Assembly: GCA_964057225.1 (NCBI GenBank)
Contig: OZ059894.1
Span: forward strand, 23,746,001 to 23,810,000
Source: Auanema rhodensis
Lineage: Eukaryota; Animalia; Nematoda
Direction: 5' to 3'
DNA length: 64,000 bases
The notes beneath the pieces are model-generated. The model saw only the letters and a program-made list of their open reading frames with translations, ran no database searches and was not told the DNA's origin. Shown here piece by piece: positions 13,533 to 27,431 of this stretch. Each line of letters begins with the position of its first letter. Positions within the stretch are counted from its first letter, which is position 1. Made by a program: the position numbers and the translations under genes.

Positions 13533-16500
13533 ACACGTGATGTGCACTTGGTATGTAACTCGCTTCACGTGAAAGATAAAGAGATGAGGTTTACAAAATT
13601 AGATTCCCCATGTCCATATTAGTCTAAAAACAAATTTTTATTGATATTGGTGCATGGTAACCATGACTTTGAAATTTACGTGAACTTTAATTTATGCTAA
13701 TTAAATGTACACGTGATGTGCACTTGGTATGTAACTCGCTTCACGTGAAAGATAAAGAGATGCGGTTTTCAAAATTAGATTCCCCATGTCCATATTAGTC
13801 TAAAAACAAATTTTTATTGATATTGGTGCATGGTAACCATGACTTTGAAATTTACGTGAACTTTAATTTATGCTAATTAAATGTACACGTGATGTGCACT
13901 TGGTATGTAACTCGCTTCACGTAAAAGATAAAGAGATGCGGTTTTCAAAATTAGATTCCCCATGTCCATATTAGTCTAAAAACAAATTTTTATTGATATT
14001 GGTGCATGGTAACCATGACTTTGAAATTTACGTGAACTTTAATTTATGCTAATTAAATGTACACGTGATGTGCACTTGGTATGTAACTCGCTTCACGTGA
14101 AAGATAAAGAGATGCGGTTTTCAAAATTAGATTCCCCATGTCCATATTAGTCGAAAAACAAATTTTTATTGATATTGGTTCATGGTAACCATGACTTTGA
14201 AATTTACGTGAACTTTAATTTATGCTAATTAAATGTGCACGTGATGTGCACTTGGTATGTAACTCGCTTCACGTGAAAGATAAAAAGATGCGGTTTTCAG
14301 AATTAGATTCCCCATGTCCATATTAGTCTAAAAACAAATTTTTATTGATATTGGTTCATGGTAACTATGACTTTGAAATTTACGTGAACTTTAATTTATG
14401 CTAATTAAATGTACACGTGATGTGCACTTGGTATGTAACTCGCTTCACGTGAAAGATAAAGAGATGCGGTTTTCAAAATTAGATTCCCCATGTCCATATT
14501 AGTCGAAAAACAAATTTTTATTGATATTGGTTCATGGTAACCATGACTTTGAAATTTACGTGAACTTTAATTTATGCTAATTAAATGTGCACGTGATGTG
14601 CACTTGGTATGTAACTCGCTTCACGTGAAAGATAAAAAGATGCGGTTTTCAGAATTAGATTCCCCATGTCCATATTAGTCTAAAAACAAATTTTTATTGA
14701 TATTGGTTCATGGTAACCATGACTTTGAAATTTACGTGAACTTTAATTTATGCTAATTAAATGTACACGTGATGTGCACTTGGTATGTAACTCGCTTCAC
14801 GTGAAAGATAAAGAGATGCGGTTTTCAAAATTAGATTCCCCATGTCCATATTAGTCTAAAAACAAATTTTTATTGATATTGGTGCATGGTAACCATGACT
14901 TTGAAATTTACGTGAACTTTAATTTATGCTAATTAAATGTACACGTGATGTGCACTTGGTATGTAACTCGCTTCACGTGAAAGATAAAGAGATGAGGTTT
15001 TCAAAATTAGATTCCCCATGTCCATATTAGTCTAAAAACAAATTTTTATTGATATTGGTGCATGGTAACCATGACTTTGAAATTTACGTGAACTTTAATT
15101 TATGCTAATTAAATGTACACGTGATGTGCACTTGGTATGTAACTCGCTTCACGTGAAAGATAAAGAGATGCGGTTTTCAAAATTAGATTCCCCATGTCCA
15201 TATTAGTCTAAAAACAAATTTTTATTGATATTGGTGCATGGTAACCATGACTTTGAAATTTACGTGAACTTTAATTTATGCTAATTAAATGTACACGTGA
15301 TGTGCACTTGGTATGTAACTCGCTTCACGTAAAAGATAAAGAGATGCGGTTTTCAAAATTAGATTCCCCATGTCCATATTAGTCTAAAAACAAATTTTTA
15401 TTGATATTGGTTCATGGTAACCATGACTTTGAAATTTACGTGAACTTTAATTTATGCTAATTAAATGTACACGTGATGTGCACTTGGTATGTAACTCGCT
15501 TCACGTGAAAGATAAAGAGATGCGGTTTTCAAAATTAGATTCCCCATGTCCATATTAGTCTAAAAACAAATTTTTATTGATATTGGTGCATGGTAACCAT
15601 GACTTTGAAATTTACGTGAACTTTAATTTATGCTAATTAAATGTACACGTGATGTGCACTTGGTATGTAACTCGCTTCACGTAAAAGATAAAGAGATGCG
15701 GTTTTCAAAATTAGATTCCCCATGTCCATATTAGTCTAAAAACAAATTTTTATTGATATTGGTGCATGGTAACCATGACTTTGAAATTTACGTGAACTTT
15801 AATTTATGCTAATTAAATGTACACGTGATGTGCACTTGGTATGTAACTCGCTTCACGTGAAAGATAAAGAGATGCGGTTTTCAAAATTAGATTCCCCATG
15901 TCCATATTAGTCGAAAAACAAATTTTTATTGATATTGGTTCATGGTAACCATGACTTTGAAATTTACTTGAACTTTAATTTATGCTAATTAAATGTGCAC
16001 GTGATGTGCACTTGGTATGTAACTCGCTTCACGTGAAAGATAAAAAGATGCGGTTTTCAGAATTAGATTCCCCATGTCCATATTAGTCTAAAAACAAATT
16101 TTTATTGATATTGGTTCATGGTAACCATGACTTTGAAATTTACGTGAACTTTAATTTATGCTAATTAAATGTACACGTGATGTGCACTTGGTATGTAACT
16201 CGCTTCACGTGAAAGATAAAGAGATGCGGTTTTCAAAATTAGAATCCCCATGTCCATATTAGTCTAAAAACAAATTTTTATTGATATTAATTCATGGTAA
16301 CCATGATTTTGAAATTTACGTGAACTTTAATTTATGCTAATTAAATGTACACGTGATGTGCACTTGGTATGTAACTCGCTTCACGTGAAAGATAAAGAGA
16401 TGCGGTTTTCAAAATTAGATTCCCCATGTCCATATTAGTCTAAAAACAAATTTTTATTGATATTGGTGCATGGTAACCATGATTTTGAAATTTACGTGAA

Positions 16501-19164
16501 CTTTAATTTATGCTAATTAAATGTACACGTGATGTGCACTTGGTATGTAACTCGCTTCACGTGAAAGATAAAGAGATGAGGTTTTCAAAATTAGATTCCC
16601 CATGTCCATATTAGTCTAAAAACAAATTTTTATTGATATTGGTGCATGGTAACCATGACTTTGAAATTTACGTGAACTTTAATTTATGCTAATTAAATGT
16701 ACACGTGATGTGCACTTGGTATGTAACTCGCTTCACGTGAAAGATAAAGAGATGCGGTTTTCAAAATTAGATTCCCCATGTCCATATTAGTCTAAAAACA
16801 AATTTTTATTGATATTGGTGCATGGTAACCATGACTTTGAAATTTACGTGAACTTTAATTTATGCTAATTAAATGTACACGTGATGTGCACTTGGTATGT
16901 AACTCGCTTCACGTAAAAGATAAAGAGATGCGGTTTTCAAAATTAGATTCCCCATGTCCATATTAGTCTAAAAACAAATTTTTATTGATATTGGTGCATG
17001 GTAACCATGACTTTGAAATTTACGTGAACTTTAATTTATGCTAATTAAATGTACACGTGATGTGCACTTGGTATGTAACTCGCTTCACGTGAAAGATAAA
17101 GAGATGCGGTTTTCAAAATTAGATTCCCCATGTCCATATTAGTCGAAAAACAAATTTTTATTGATATTGGTTCATGGTAACCATGACTTTGAAATTTACG
17201 TGAACTTTAATTTATGCTAATTAAATGTGCACGTGATGTGCACTTGGTATGTAACTCGCTTCACGTGAAAGATAAAAAGATGCGGTTTTCAGAATTAGAT
17301 TCCCCATGTCCATATTAGTCTAAAAACAAATTTTTATTGATATTGGTTCATGGTAACTATGACTTTGAAATTTACGTGAACTTTAATTTATGCTAATTAA
17401 ATGTACACGTGATGTGCACTTGGTATGTAACTCGCTTCACGTGAAAGATAAAGAGATGCGGTTTTCAAAATTAGATTCCCCATGTCCATATTAGTCGAAA
17501 AACAAATTTTTATTGATATTGGTTCATGGTAACCATGACTTTGAAATTTACGTGAACTTTAATTTATGCTAATTAAATGTGCACGTGATGTGCACTTGGT
17601 ATGTAACTCGCTTCACGTGAAAGATAAAAAGATGCGGTTTTCAGAATTAGATTCCCCATGTCCATATTAGTCTAAAAACAAATTTTTATTGATATTGGTT
17701 CATGGTAACCATGACTTTGAAATTTACGTGAACTTTAATTTATGCTAATTAAATGTACACGTGATGTGCACTTGGTATGTAACTCGCTTCACGTGAAAGA
17801 TAAAGAGATGCGGTTTTCAAAATTAGATTCCCCATGTCCATATTAGTCGAAAAACAAATTTTTATTGATATTGGTGCATGGTAACCATGACTTTGAAATT
17901 TACGTGAACTTTAATTTATGCTAATTAAATGTACACGTGATGTGCACTTGGTATGTAACTCGCTTCACGTGAAAGATAAAGAGATGAGGTTTTCAAAATT
18001 AGATTCCCCATGTCCATATTAGTCTAAAAACAAATTTTTATTGATATTGGTGCATGGTAACCATGACTTTGAAATTTACGTGAACTTTAATTTATGCTAA
18101 TTAAATGTACACGTGATGTGCACTTGGTATGTAACTCGCTTCACGTGAAAGATAAAGAGATGCGGTTTTCAAAATTAGATTCCCCATGTCCATATTAGTC
18201 TAAAAACAAATTTTTATTGATATTGGTGCATGGTAACCATGACTTTGAAATTTACGTGAACTTTAATTTATGCTAATTAAATGTACACGTGATGTGCACT
18301 TGGTATGTAACTCGCTTCACGTAAAAGATAAAGAGATGCGGTTTTCAAAATTAGATTCCCCATGTCCATATTAGTCTAAAAACAAATTTTTATTGATATT
18401 GGTGCATGGTAACCATGACTTTGAAATTTACGTGAACTTTAATTTATGCTAATTAAATGTACACGTGATGTGCACTTGGTATGTAACTCGCTTCACGTGA
18501 AAGATAAAGAGATGCGGTTTTCAAAATTAGATTCCCCATGTCCATATTAGTCGAAAAACAAATTTTTATTGATATTGGTTCATGGTAACCATGACTTTGA
18601 AATTTACGTGAACTTTAATTTATGCTAATTAAATGTGCACGTGATGTGCACTTGGTATGTAACTCGCTTCACGTGAAAGATAAAAAGATGCGGTTTTCAG
18701 AATTAGATTCCCCATGTCCATATTAGTCTAAAAACAAATTTTTATTGATATTGGTTCATGGTAACCATGACTTTGAAATTTACGTGAACTTTAATTTATG
18801 CTAATTAAATGTACACGTGATGTGCACTTGGTATGTAACTCGCTTCACGTGAAAGATAAAGAGATGCGGTTTTCAAAATTAGAATCCCCATGTCCATATT
18901 AGTCTAAAAACAAACTTTTATTGATATTAATTCATGGTAACCATGATTTTGAAATTTACGTGAACTTTAATTTATGCTAATTAAATGTACACGTGATGTG
19001 CACTTGGTATGTAACTCGCTTCACGTGAAAGATAAAGAGATGCGGTTTTCAAAATTAGATTCCCCATGTCCATATTAGTCTAAAAACAAATTTTTATTGA
19101 TATTGGTGCATGGTAACCATGATTTTGAAATTTACGTGAACTTTAATTTATGCTAATTAAATGT
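13533..19164. repeat. 17-mer / 15-mer tandem duplication (13533-16524 and 16525-19164)
   Basis: The private variant GGTAACTATG is at 14366 and 17358 (offset 2992 = 17x176). GATGAGG monomers start at 13533/16525 and 14941/17933. The second copy lacks one consensus+CACGTAAA dimer. Confidence 0.85.
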
Positions 19165-20924
19165 ACACGTGATGTGCACTTGGTATGTAACTCGCTTCAC
19201 GTGAAAGATAAAGAGATGCGGTTTTCAAAATTAGATTTCTCATGTCCATATTAGTCTAAAAACAAATTTTTATTGATATTGGTGCATGGTAACCATGACT
19301 TTGAAATTTACGTGAACTTTAATTTATGCTAATTAAATGTACACGTGATGTGCACTTGGTATGTAACTCGCTTCACGTGAAAGATAAAGAGATGCGGTTT
19401 TCAAAATTAGATTCCCCATGTCCATATTAGTCTAAAAACAAATTTTTATTGATATTGGTGCATGGTAACCATGACTTTGAAATTTACGTGAACTTTAATT
19501 TATGCTAATTAAATGTACACGTGATGTGCACTTGGTATGTAACTCGCTTCACGTGAAAGATAAAGAGATGCGGTTTTCAAAATTAGATTCCCCATGTCCA
19601 TATTAGTCTAAAAACAAATTTTTATTGATATTAATTCATGATAACCATGATTTTGAAATTTACGTGAACTTTAATTTATGCTAATTAAATGTACACGTGA
19701 TGTGCACTTGGTATGTAACTCGCTTCACGTGAAAGATAAAGAGATGCGGTTTCCAAAATTAGATTCCCCATGTCCATATTAGTCTAAAAACATTTTTTTA
19801 TTGATATTGGTGCATGGTAACCATGACTTTGAAATTTACGTGAACTTTAATTTATGCTAATTAAATGTACACGTGATGTGCACTTGGTATGTAACTCGCT
19901 TCACGTGAAAGATAAAGAGATGCGGTTTTCAAAATTAGATTCCCCATGTCCATATTAGTCTAAAAACAAATTTTTATTGATATTGGTGCATGGTAACCAT
20001 GACTTTGAAATTTACGTGAACTTTAATTTATGCTAATTAAATGTACACGTGATGTGCACTTGGTATGTAACTCGCTTCACGTGAAAGATAAAGAGATGCG
20101 GTTTTCAAAATTAGATTCCCCATGTCCATATTAGTCTAAAAACAAATTTTTATTGATATTGGTGCATGGTAACCATGACTTTGAAATTTACGTGAACTTT
20201 AATTTATGCTAATTAAATGTACACGTGATGTGCACTTGGTATGTAACTCGCTTCACGGGAAAGATAAAGAGATGCGGTTTTCAAAATTAGATTCCCCATG
20301 TCCATATTAGTCTAAAAACAAATTTTTATTGATATTGGTGCATGGTAACCATGACTTTGAAATTTACGTGAACTTTAATTTATGCTAATTAAATGTACAC
20401 GTGATGTGCACTTGGTATGTAACTCGCTTCACGTGAAAGATAAAGAGATGAGGTTTTCAAAATTAGATTCCCCATGTCCATATTAGTCTAAAAACAAATT
20501 TTTATTGATATTGGTGCATGGTAACCATGACTTTGAAATTTACGTGAACTTTAATTTATGCTAATTAAATGTACACGTGATGTGCACTTGGTATGTAACT
20601 CGCTTCACGTGAAAGATAAAGAGATGCGGTTTTCAAAATTAGATTCCCCATGTCCATATTAGTCTAAAAACAAATTTTTATTGATATTGGTGCATGGTAA
20701 CCATGACTTTGAAATTTACGTGAACTTTAATTTATGCTAATTAAATGTACACGTGATGTGCACTTGGTATGTAACTCGCTTCACGTAAAAGATAAAGAGA
20801 TGCGGTTTTCAAAATTAGATTCCCCATGTCCATATTAGTCTAAAAACAAATTTTTATTGATATTGGTGCATGGTAACCATGACTTTGAAATTTACGTGAA
20901 CTTTAATTTATGCTAATTAAATGT

Positions 20925-21980
20925 ACACGTGATGTGCACTTGGTATGTAACTCGCTTCACGTGAAAGATAAAGAGATGCGGTTTTCAAAATTAGATTCCC
21001 CATGTCCATATTAGTCGAAAAACAAATTTTTATTGATATTGGTTCATGGTAACCATGACTTTGAAATTTACGTGAACTTTAATTTATGCTAATTAAATGT
21101 GCACGTGATGTGCACTTGGTATGTAACTCGCTTCACGTGAAAGATAAAAAGATGCGGTTTTCAGAATTAGATTCCCCATGTCCATATTAGTCTAAAAACA
21201 AATTTTTATTGATATTGGTTCATGGTAACCATGACTTTGAAATTTACGTGAACTTTAATTTATGCTAATTAAATGTACACGTGATGTGCACTTGGTATGT
21301 AACTCGCTTCACGTGAAAGATAAAGAGATGCGGTTTTCAAAATTAGAATCCCCATGTCCATATTAGTCTAAAAACAAATTTTTATTGATATTAATTCATG
21401 GTAACCATGATTTTGAAATTTACGTGAACTTTAATTTATGCTAATTAAATGTACACGTGATGTGCACTTGGTATGTAACTCGCTTCACGTGAAAGATAAA
21501 GAGATGCGGTTTTCAAAATTAGATTCCCCATGTCCATATTAGTCGAAAAACAAATTTTTATTGATATTGGTTCATGGTAACCATGACTTTGAAATTTACG
21601 TGAACTTTAATTTATGCTAATTAAATGTGCACGTGATGTGCACTTGGTATGTAACTCGCTTCACGTGAAAGATAAAAAGATGCGGTTTTCAGAATTAGAT
21701 TCCCCATGTCCATATTAGTCTAAAAACAAATTTTTATTGATATTGGTTCATGGTAACCATGACTTTGAAATTTACGTGAACTTTAATTTATGCTAATTAA
21801 ATGTACACGTGATGTGCACTTGGTATGTAACTCGCTTCACGTGAAAGATAAAGAGATGCGGTTTTCAAAATTAGAATCCCCATGTCCATATTAGTCTAAA
21901 AACAAATTTTTATTGATATTAATTCATGGTAACCATGATTTTGAAATTTACGTGAACTTTAATTTATGCTAATTAAATGT
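20925..21980. repeat. 3-monomer higher-order repeat (528 bp), 2 copies
   Basis: Order A (GTCGAAAA, GGTTCATG), B (GTGCACGTG start, AAAAAGATG, TTCAGAA), C (AGAATCC, TAATTCATG, GATTTTG), repeated twice. Confidence 0.9.
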
Positions 21981-22860
21981 ACACGTGATGTGCACTTGGT
22001 ATGTAACTCGCTTCACGTGAAAGATAAAGAGATGCGGTTTTCAAAATTAGATTCCCCATGTCCATATTAGTCTAAAAACAAATTTTTATTGATATTAATT
22101 CATGATAACCATGATTTTGAAATTTACGTGAACTTTAATTTATGCTAATTAAATGTACACGTGATGTGCACTTGGTATGTAACTCGCTTCACGTGAAAGA
22201 TAAAGAGATGCGGTTTTCAAAATTAGATTCCCCATGTCCATATTAGTCTAAAAACATTTTTTTATTGATATTGGTGCATGGTAACCATGACTTTGAAATT
22301 TACGTGAACTTTAATTTATGCTAATTAAATGTACACGTGATGTGCACTTGGTATGTAACTCGCTTCACGTGAAAGATAAAGAGATGCGGTTTTCAAAATT
22401 AGATTCCCCATGTCCATATTAGTCTAAAAACAAATTTTTATTGATATTAATTCATGATAACCATGATTTTGAAATTTACGTGAACTTTAATTTATGCTAA
22501 TTAAATGTACACGTGATGTGCACTTGGTATGTAACTCGCTTCACGTGAAAGATAAAGAGATGCGGTTTTCAAAATTAGATTCCCCATGTCCATATTAGTC
22601 TAAAAACATTTTTTTATTGATATTGGTGCATGGTAACCATGACTTTGAAATTTACGTGAACTTTAATTTATGCTAATTAAATGTACACGTGATGTGCACT
22701 TGGTATGTAACTCGCTTCACGTGAAAGATAAAGAGATGCGGTTTTCAAAATTAGATTCCCCATGTCCATATTAGTCTAAAAACAAATTTTTATTGATATT
22801 AATTCATGATAACCATGATTTTGAAATTTACGTGAACTTTAATTTATGCTAATTAAATGT
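21981..22860. repeat. 2-monomer higher-order repeat (352 bp), 2.5 copies
   Basis: Alternating monomers with TAATTCATGATAACC (starts 21981, 22333, 22685) and AAAACATTTTTTTA (starts 22157, 22509). The same pair occurs at 19517/19693. Confidence 0.88.
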
Positions 22861-23388
22861 ACACGTGATGTGCACTTGGTATGTAACTCGCTTCACGTGA
22901 AAGATAAAGAGATGAGGTTTTCAAAATTAGATTCCCCATGTCCATATTAGTCTAAAAACAAATTTTTATTGATATTGGTGCATGGTAACCATGACTTTGA
23001 AATTTACGTGAACTTTAATTTATGCTAATTAAATGTACACGTGATGTGCACTTGGTATGTAACTCGCTTCACGTGAAAGATAAAGAGATGCGGTTTTCAA
23101 AATTAGATTCCCCATGTCCATATTAGTCTAAAAACAAATTTTTATTGATATTGGTGCATGGTAACCATGACTTTGAAATTTACGTGAACTTTAATTTATG
23201 CTAATTAAATGTACACGTGATGTGCACTTGGTATGTAACTCGCTTCACGTAAAAGATAAAGAGATGCGGTTTTCAAAATTAGATTCCCCATGTCCATATT
23301 AGTCTAAAAACAAATTTTTATTGATATTGGTGCATGGTAACCATGACTTTGAAATTTACGTGAACTTTAATTTATGCTAATTAAATGT

Positions 23389-25500
23389 ACACGTGATGTG
23401 CACTTGGTATGTAACTCGCTTCACGTGAAAGATAAAGAGATGCGGTTTTCAAAATTAGATTCCCCATGTCCATATTAGTCGAAAAACAAATTTTTATTGA
23501 TATTGGTTCATGGTAACCATGACTTTGAAATTTACGTGAACTTTAATTTATGCTAATTAAATGTGCACGTGATGTGCACTTGGTATGTAACTCGCTTCAC
23601 GTGAAAGATAAAAAGATGCGGTTTTCAGAATTAGATTCCCCATGTCCATATTAGTCTAAAAACAAATTTTTATTGATATTGGTTCATGGTAACCATGACT
23701 TTGAAATTTACGTGAACTTTAATTTATGCTAATTAAATGTACACGTGATGTGCACTTGGTATGTAACTCGCTTCACGTGAAAGATAAAGAGATGCGGTTT
23801 TCAAAATTAGAATCCCCATGTCCATATTAGTCTAAAAACAAATTTTTATTGATATTAATTCATGGTAACCATGATTTTGAAATTTACGTGAACTTTAATT
23901 TATGCTAATTAAATGTACACGTGATGTGCACTTGGTATGTAACTCGCTTCACGTGAAAGATAAAGAGATGCGGTTTTCAAAATTAGATTCCCCATGTCCA
24001 TATTAGTCGAAAAACAAATTTTTATTGATATTGGTTCATGGTAACCATGACTTTGAAATTTACGTGAACTTTAATTTATGCTAATTAAATGTGCACGTGA
24101 TGTGCACTTGGTATGTAACTCGCTTCACGTGAAAGATAAAAAGATGCGGTTTTCAGAATTAGATTCCCCATGTCCATATTAGTCTAAAAACAAATTTTTA
24201 TTGATATTGGTTCATGGTAACCATGACTTTGAAATTTACGTGAACTTTAATTTATGCTAATTAAATGTACACGTGATGTGCACTTGGTATGTAACTCGCT
24301 TCACGTGAAAGATAAAGAGATGCGGTTTTCAAAATTAGAATCCCCATGTCCATATTAGTCTAAAAACAAATTTTTATTGATATTAATTCATGGTAACCAT
24401 GATTTTGAAATTTACGTGAACTTTAATTTATGCTAATTAAATGTACACGTGATGTGCACTTGGTATGTAACTCGCTTCACGTGAAAGATAAAGAGATGCG
24501 GTTTTCAAAATTAGATTCCCCATGTCCATATTAGTCGAAAAACAAATTTTTATTGATATTGGTTCATGGTAACCATGACTTTGAAATTTACGTGAACTTT
24601 AATTTATGCTAATTAAATGTGCACGTGATGTGCACTTGGTATGTAACTCGCTTCACGTGAAAGATAAAAAGATGCGGTTTTCAGAATTAGATTCCCCATG
24701 TCCATATTAGTCTAAAAACAAATTTTTATTGATATTGGTTCATGGTAACCATGACTTTGAAATTTACGTGAACTTTAATTTATGCTAATTAAATGTACAC
24801 GTGATGTGCACTTGGTATGTAACTCGCTTCACGTGAAAGATAAAGAGATGCGGTTTTCAAAATTAGAATCCCCATGTCCATATTAGTCTAAAAACAAATT
24901 TTTATTGATATTAATTCATGGTAACCATGATTTTGAAATTTACGTGAACTTTAATTTATGCTAATTAAATGTACACGTGATGTGCACTTGGTATGTAACT
25001 CGCTTCACGTGAAAGATAAAGAGATGCGGTTTTCAAAATTAGATTCCCCATGTCCATATTAGTCGAAAAACAAATTTTTATTGATATTGGTTCATGGTAA
25101 CCATGACTTTGAAATTTACGTGAACTTTAATTTATGCTAATTAAATGTGCACGTGATGTGCACTTGGTATGTAACTCGCTTCACGTGAAAGATAAAAAGA
25201 TGCGGTTTTCAGAATTAGATTCCCCATGTCCATATTAGTCTAAAAACAAATTTTTATTGATATTGGTTCATGGTAACCATGACTTTGAAATTTACGTGAA
25301 CTTTAATTTATGCTAATTAAATGTACACGTGATGTGCACTTGGTATGTAACTCGCTTCACGTGAAAGATAAAGAGATGCGGTTTTCAAAATTAGAATCCC
25401 CATGTCCATATTAGTCTAAAAACAAATTTTTATTGATATTAATTCATGGTAACCATGATTTTGAAATTTACGTGAACTTTAATTTATGCTAATTAAATGT
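23389..25500. repeat. 3-monomer higher-order repeat (528 bp), 4 apparently identical copies
   Basis: A-B-C units start at 23389, 23917, 24445 and 24973, each with the same diagnostic variants. Confidence 0.93.
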
Positions 25501-27431
25501 ACACGTGATGTGCACTTGGTATGTAACTCGCTTCACGTGAAAGATAAAGAGATGCGGTTTTCAAAATTAGATTTCTCATGTCCATATTAGTCTAAAAACA
25601 AATTTTTATTGATATTGGTGCATGGTAACCATGACTTTGAAATTTACGTGAACTTTAATTTATGCTAATTAAATGTACACGTGCACTTGGTATGTAACTC
25701 GCTTCACGTGAAAGATAAAGAGATGCGGTTTTCAAAATTAGAATCCCCATGTCCATATTAGTCTAAAAACAAATTTTTATTGATATTGGTGCATGGTAAC
25801 CATGACTTTGAAATTTACGTGAACTTTAATTTATGCTAATTAAATGTACACGTGATGTGCACTTGGTATGTAACTCGCTTCACGTGAAAGATAAAGAGAT
25901 GCGGTTTTCAAAATTAGATTCCCCATGTCCATATTAGTCTAAAAACAAATTTTTATTGATATTGGTGCATGGTAACCATGACTTTGAAATTTACGTGAAC
26001 TTTAATTTATGCTAATTAAATGTACACGTGATGTGCACTTGGTATGTAACTCGCTTCACGTGAAAGATAAAGAGATGCGGTTTTCAAAATTAGAATCCCC
26101 ATGTCCATATTAGTCTAAAAACAAATTTTCATTGATATTAATTCATGGTAACCATGATTTTGAAATTTACGTGAACTTTAATTTATGCTAATTAAATGTA
26201 CACGTGATGTGCACTTGGTATGTAACTCGCTTCACGTGAAAGATAAAGAGATGCGGTTTTCAAAATTAGATTTCTCATGTCCATATTAGTCTAAAAACAA
26301 ATTTTTATTGATATTGGTGCATGGTAACCATGACTTTGAAATTTACGTGAACTTTAATTTATGCTAATTAAATGTACACGTGATGTGCACTTGGTATGTA
26401 ACTCGCTTCACGTGAAAGATAAAGAGATGCGGTTTTCAAAATTAGAATCCCCATGTCCATATTAGTCTAAAAACAAATTTTTATTGATATTGGTGCATGG
26501 TAACCATGATTTTGAAATTTACGTGAACTTTAATTTATGCTAATTAAATGTACACGTGATGTGCACTTGGTATGTAACTCGCTTCACGTGAAAGATAAAG
26601 AGATGCGGTTTTCAAAATTAGATTTCTCATGTCCATATTAGTCTAAAAACAAATTTTTATTGATATTGGTGCATGGTAACCATGACTTTGAAATTTACGT
26701 GAACTTTAATTTATGCTAATTAAATGTACACGTGATGTGCACTTGGTATGTAACTCGCTTCACGTGAAAGATAAAGAGATGCGGTTTTCAAAATTAGATT
26801 CCCCATGTCCATATTAGTCTAAAAACAAATTTTTATTGATATTGGTGCATGGTAACCCTGACTTTGAAATTTACGTGAACTTTAATTTATGCTAATTAAA
26901 TGTACACGTGATGTGCACTTGGTATGTAACTCGCTTCACGTGAAAGATAAAGAGATGCGGTTTTCAAAATTAGATTTCTCATGTCCATATTAGTCTAAAA
27001 ACAAATTTTTATTGATATTGGTTCATGGTAACCATGACTTTGAAATTTACGTGAACTTTAATTTATGCTAATTAAATGTACACGTGATGTGCACTTGGTA
27101 TGTAACTCGCTTCACGTGAAAGATAAAGAGATGCGGTTTTCAAAATTAGATTCCCCATGTCCATATTAGTCTAAAAACAAATTTTTATTGATATTGGTGC
27201 ATGGTAACCATGACTTTGAAATTTACGTGAACTTTAATTTATGCTAATTAAATGTACACGTGATGTGCACTTGGTATGTAACTCGCTTCACGTGAAAGAT
27301 AAAGAGATGCGGTTTTCAAAATTAGATTCCCCATGTCCATATTAGTCTAAAAACAAATTTTTATTGATATTGGTGCATGGTAACCATGACTTTGAAATTT
27401 ACGTGAACTTTAATTTATGCTAATTAAATGT

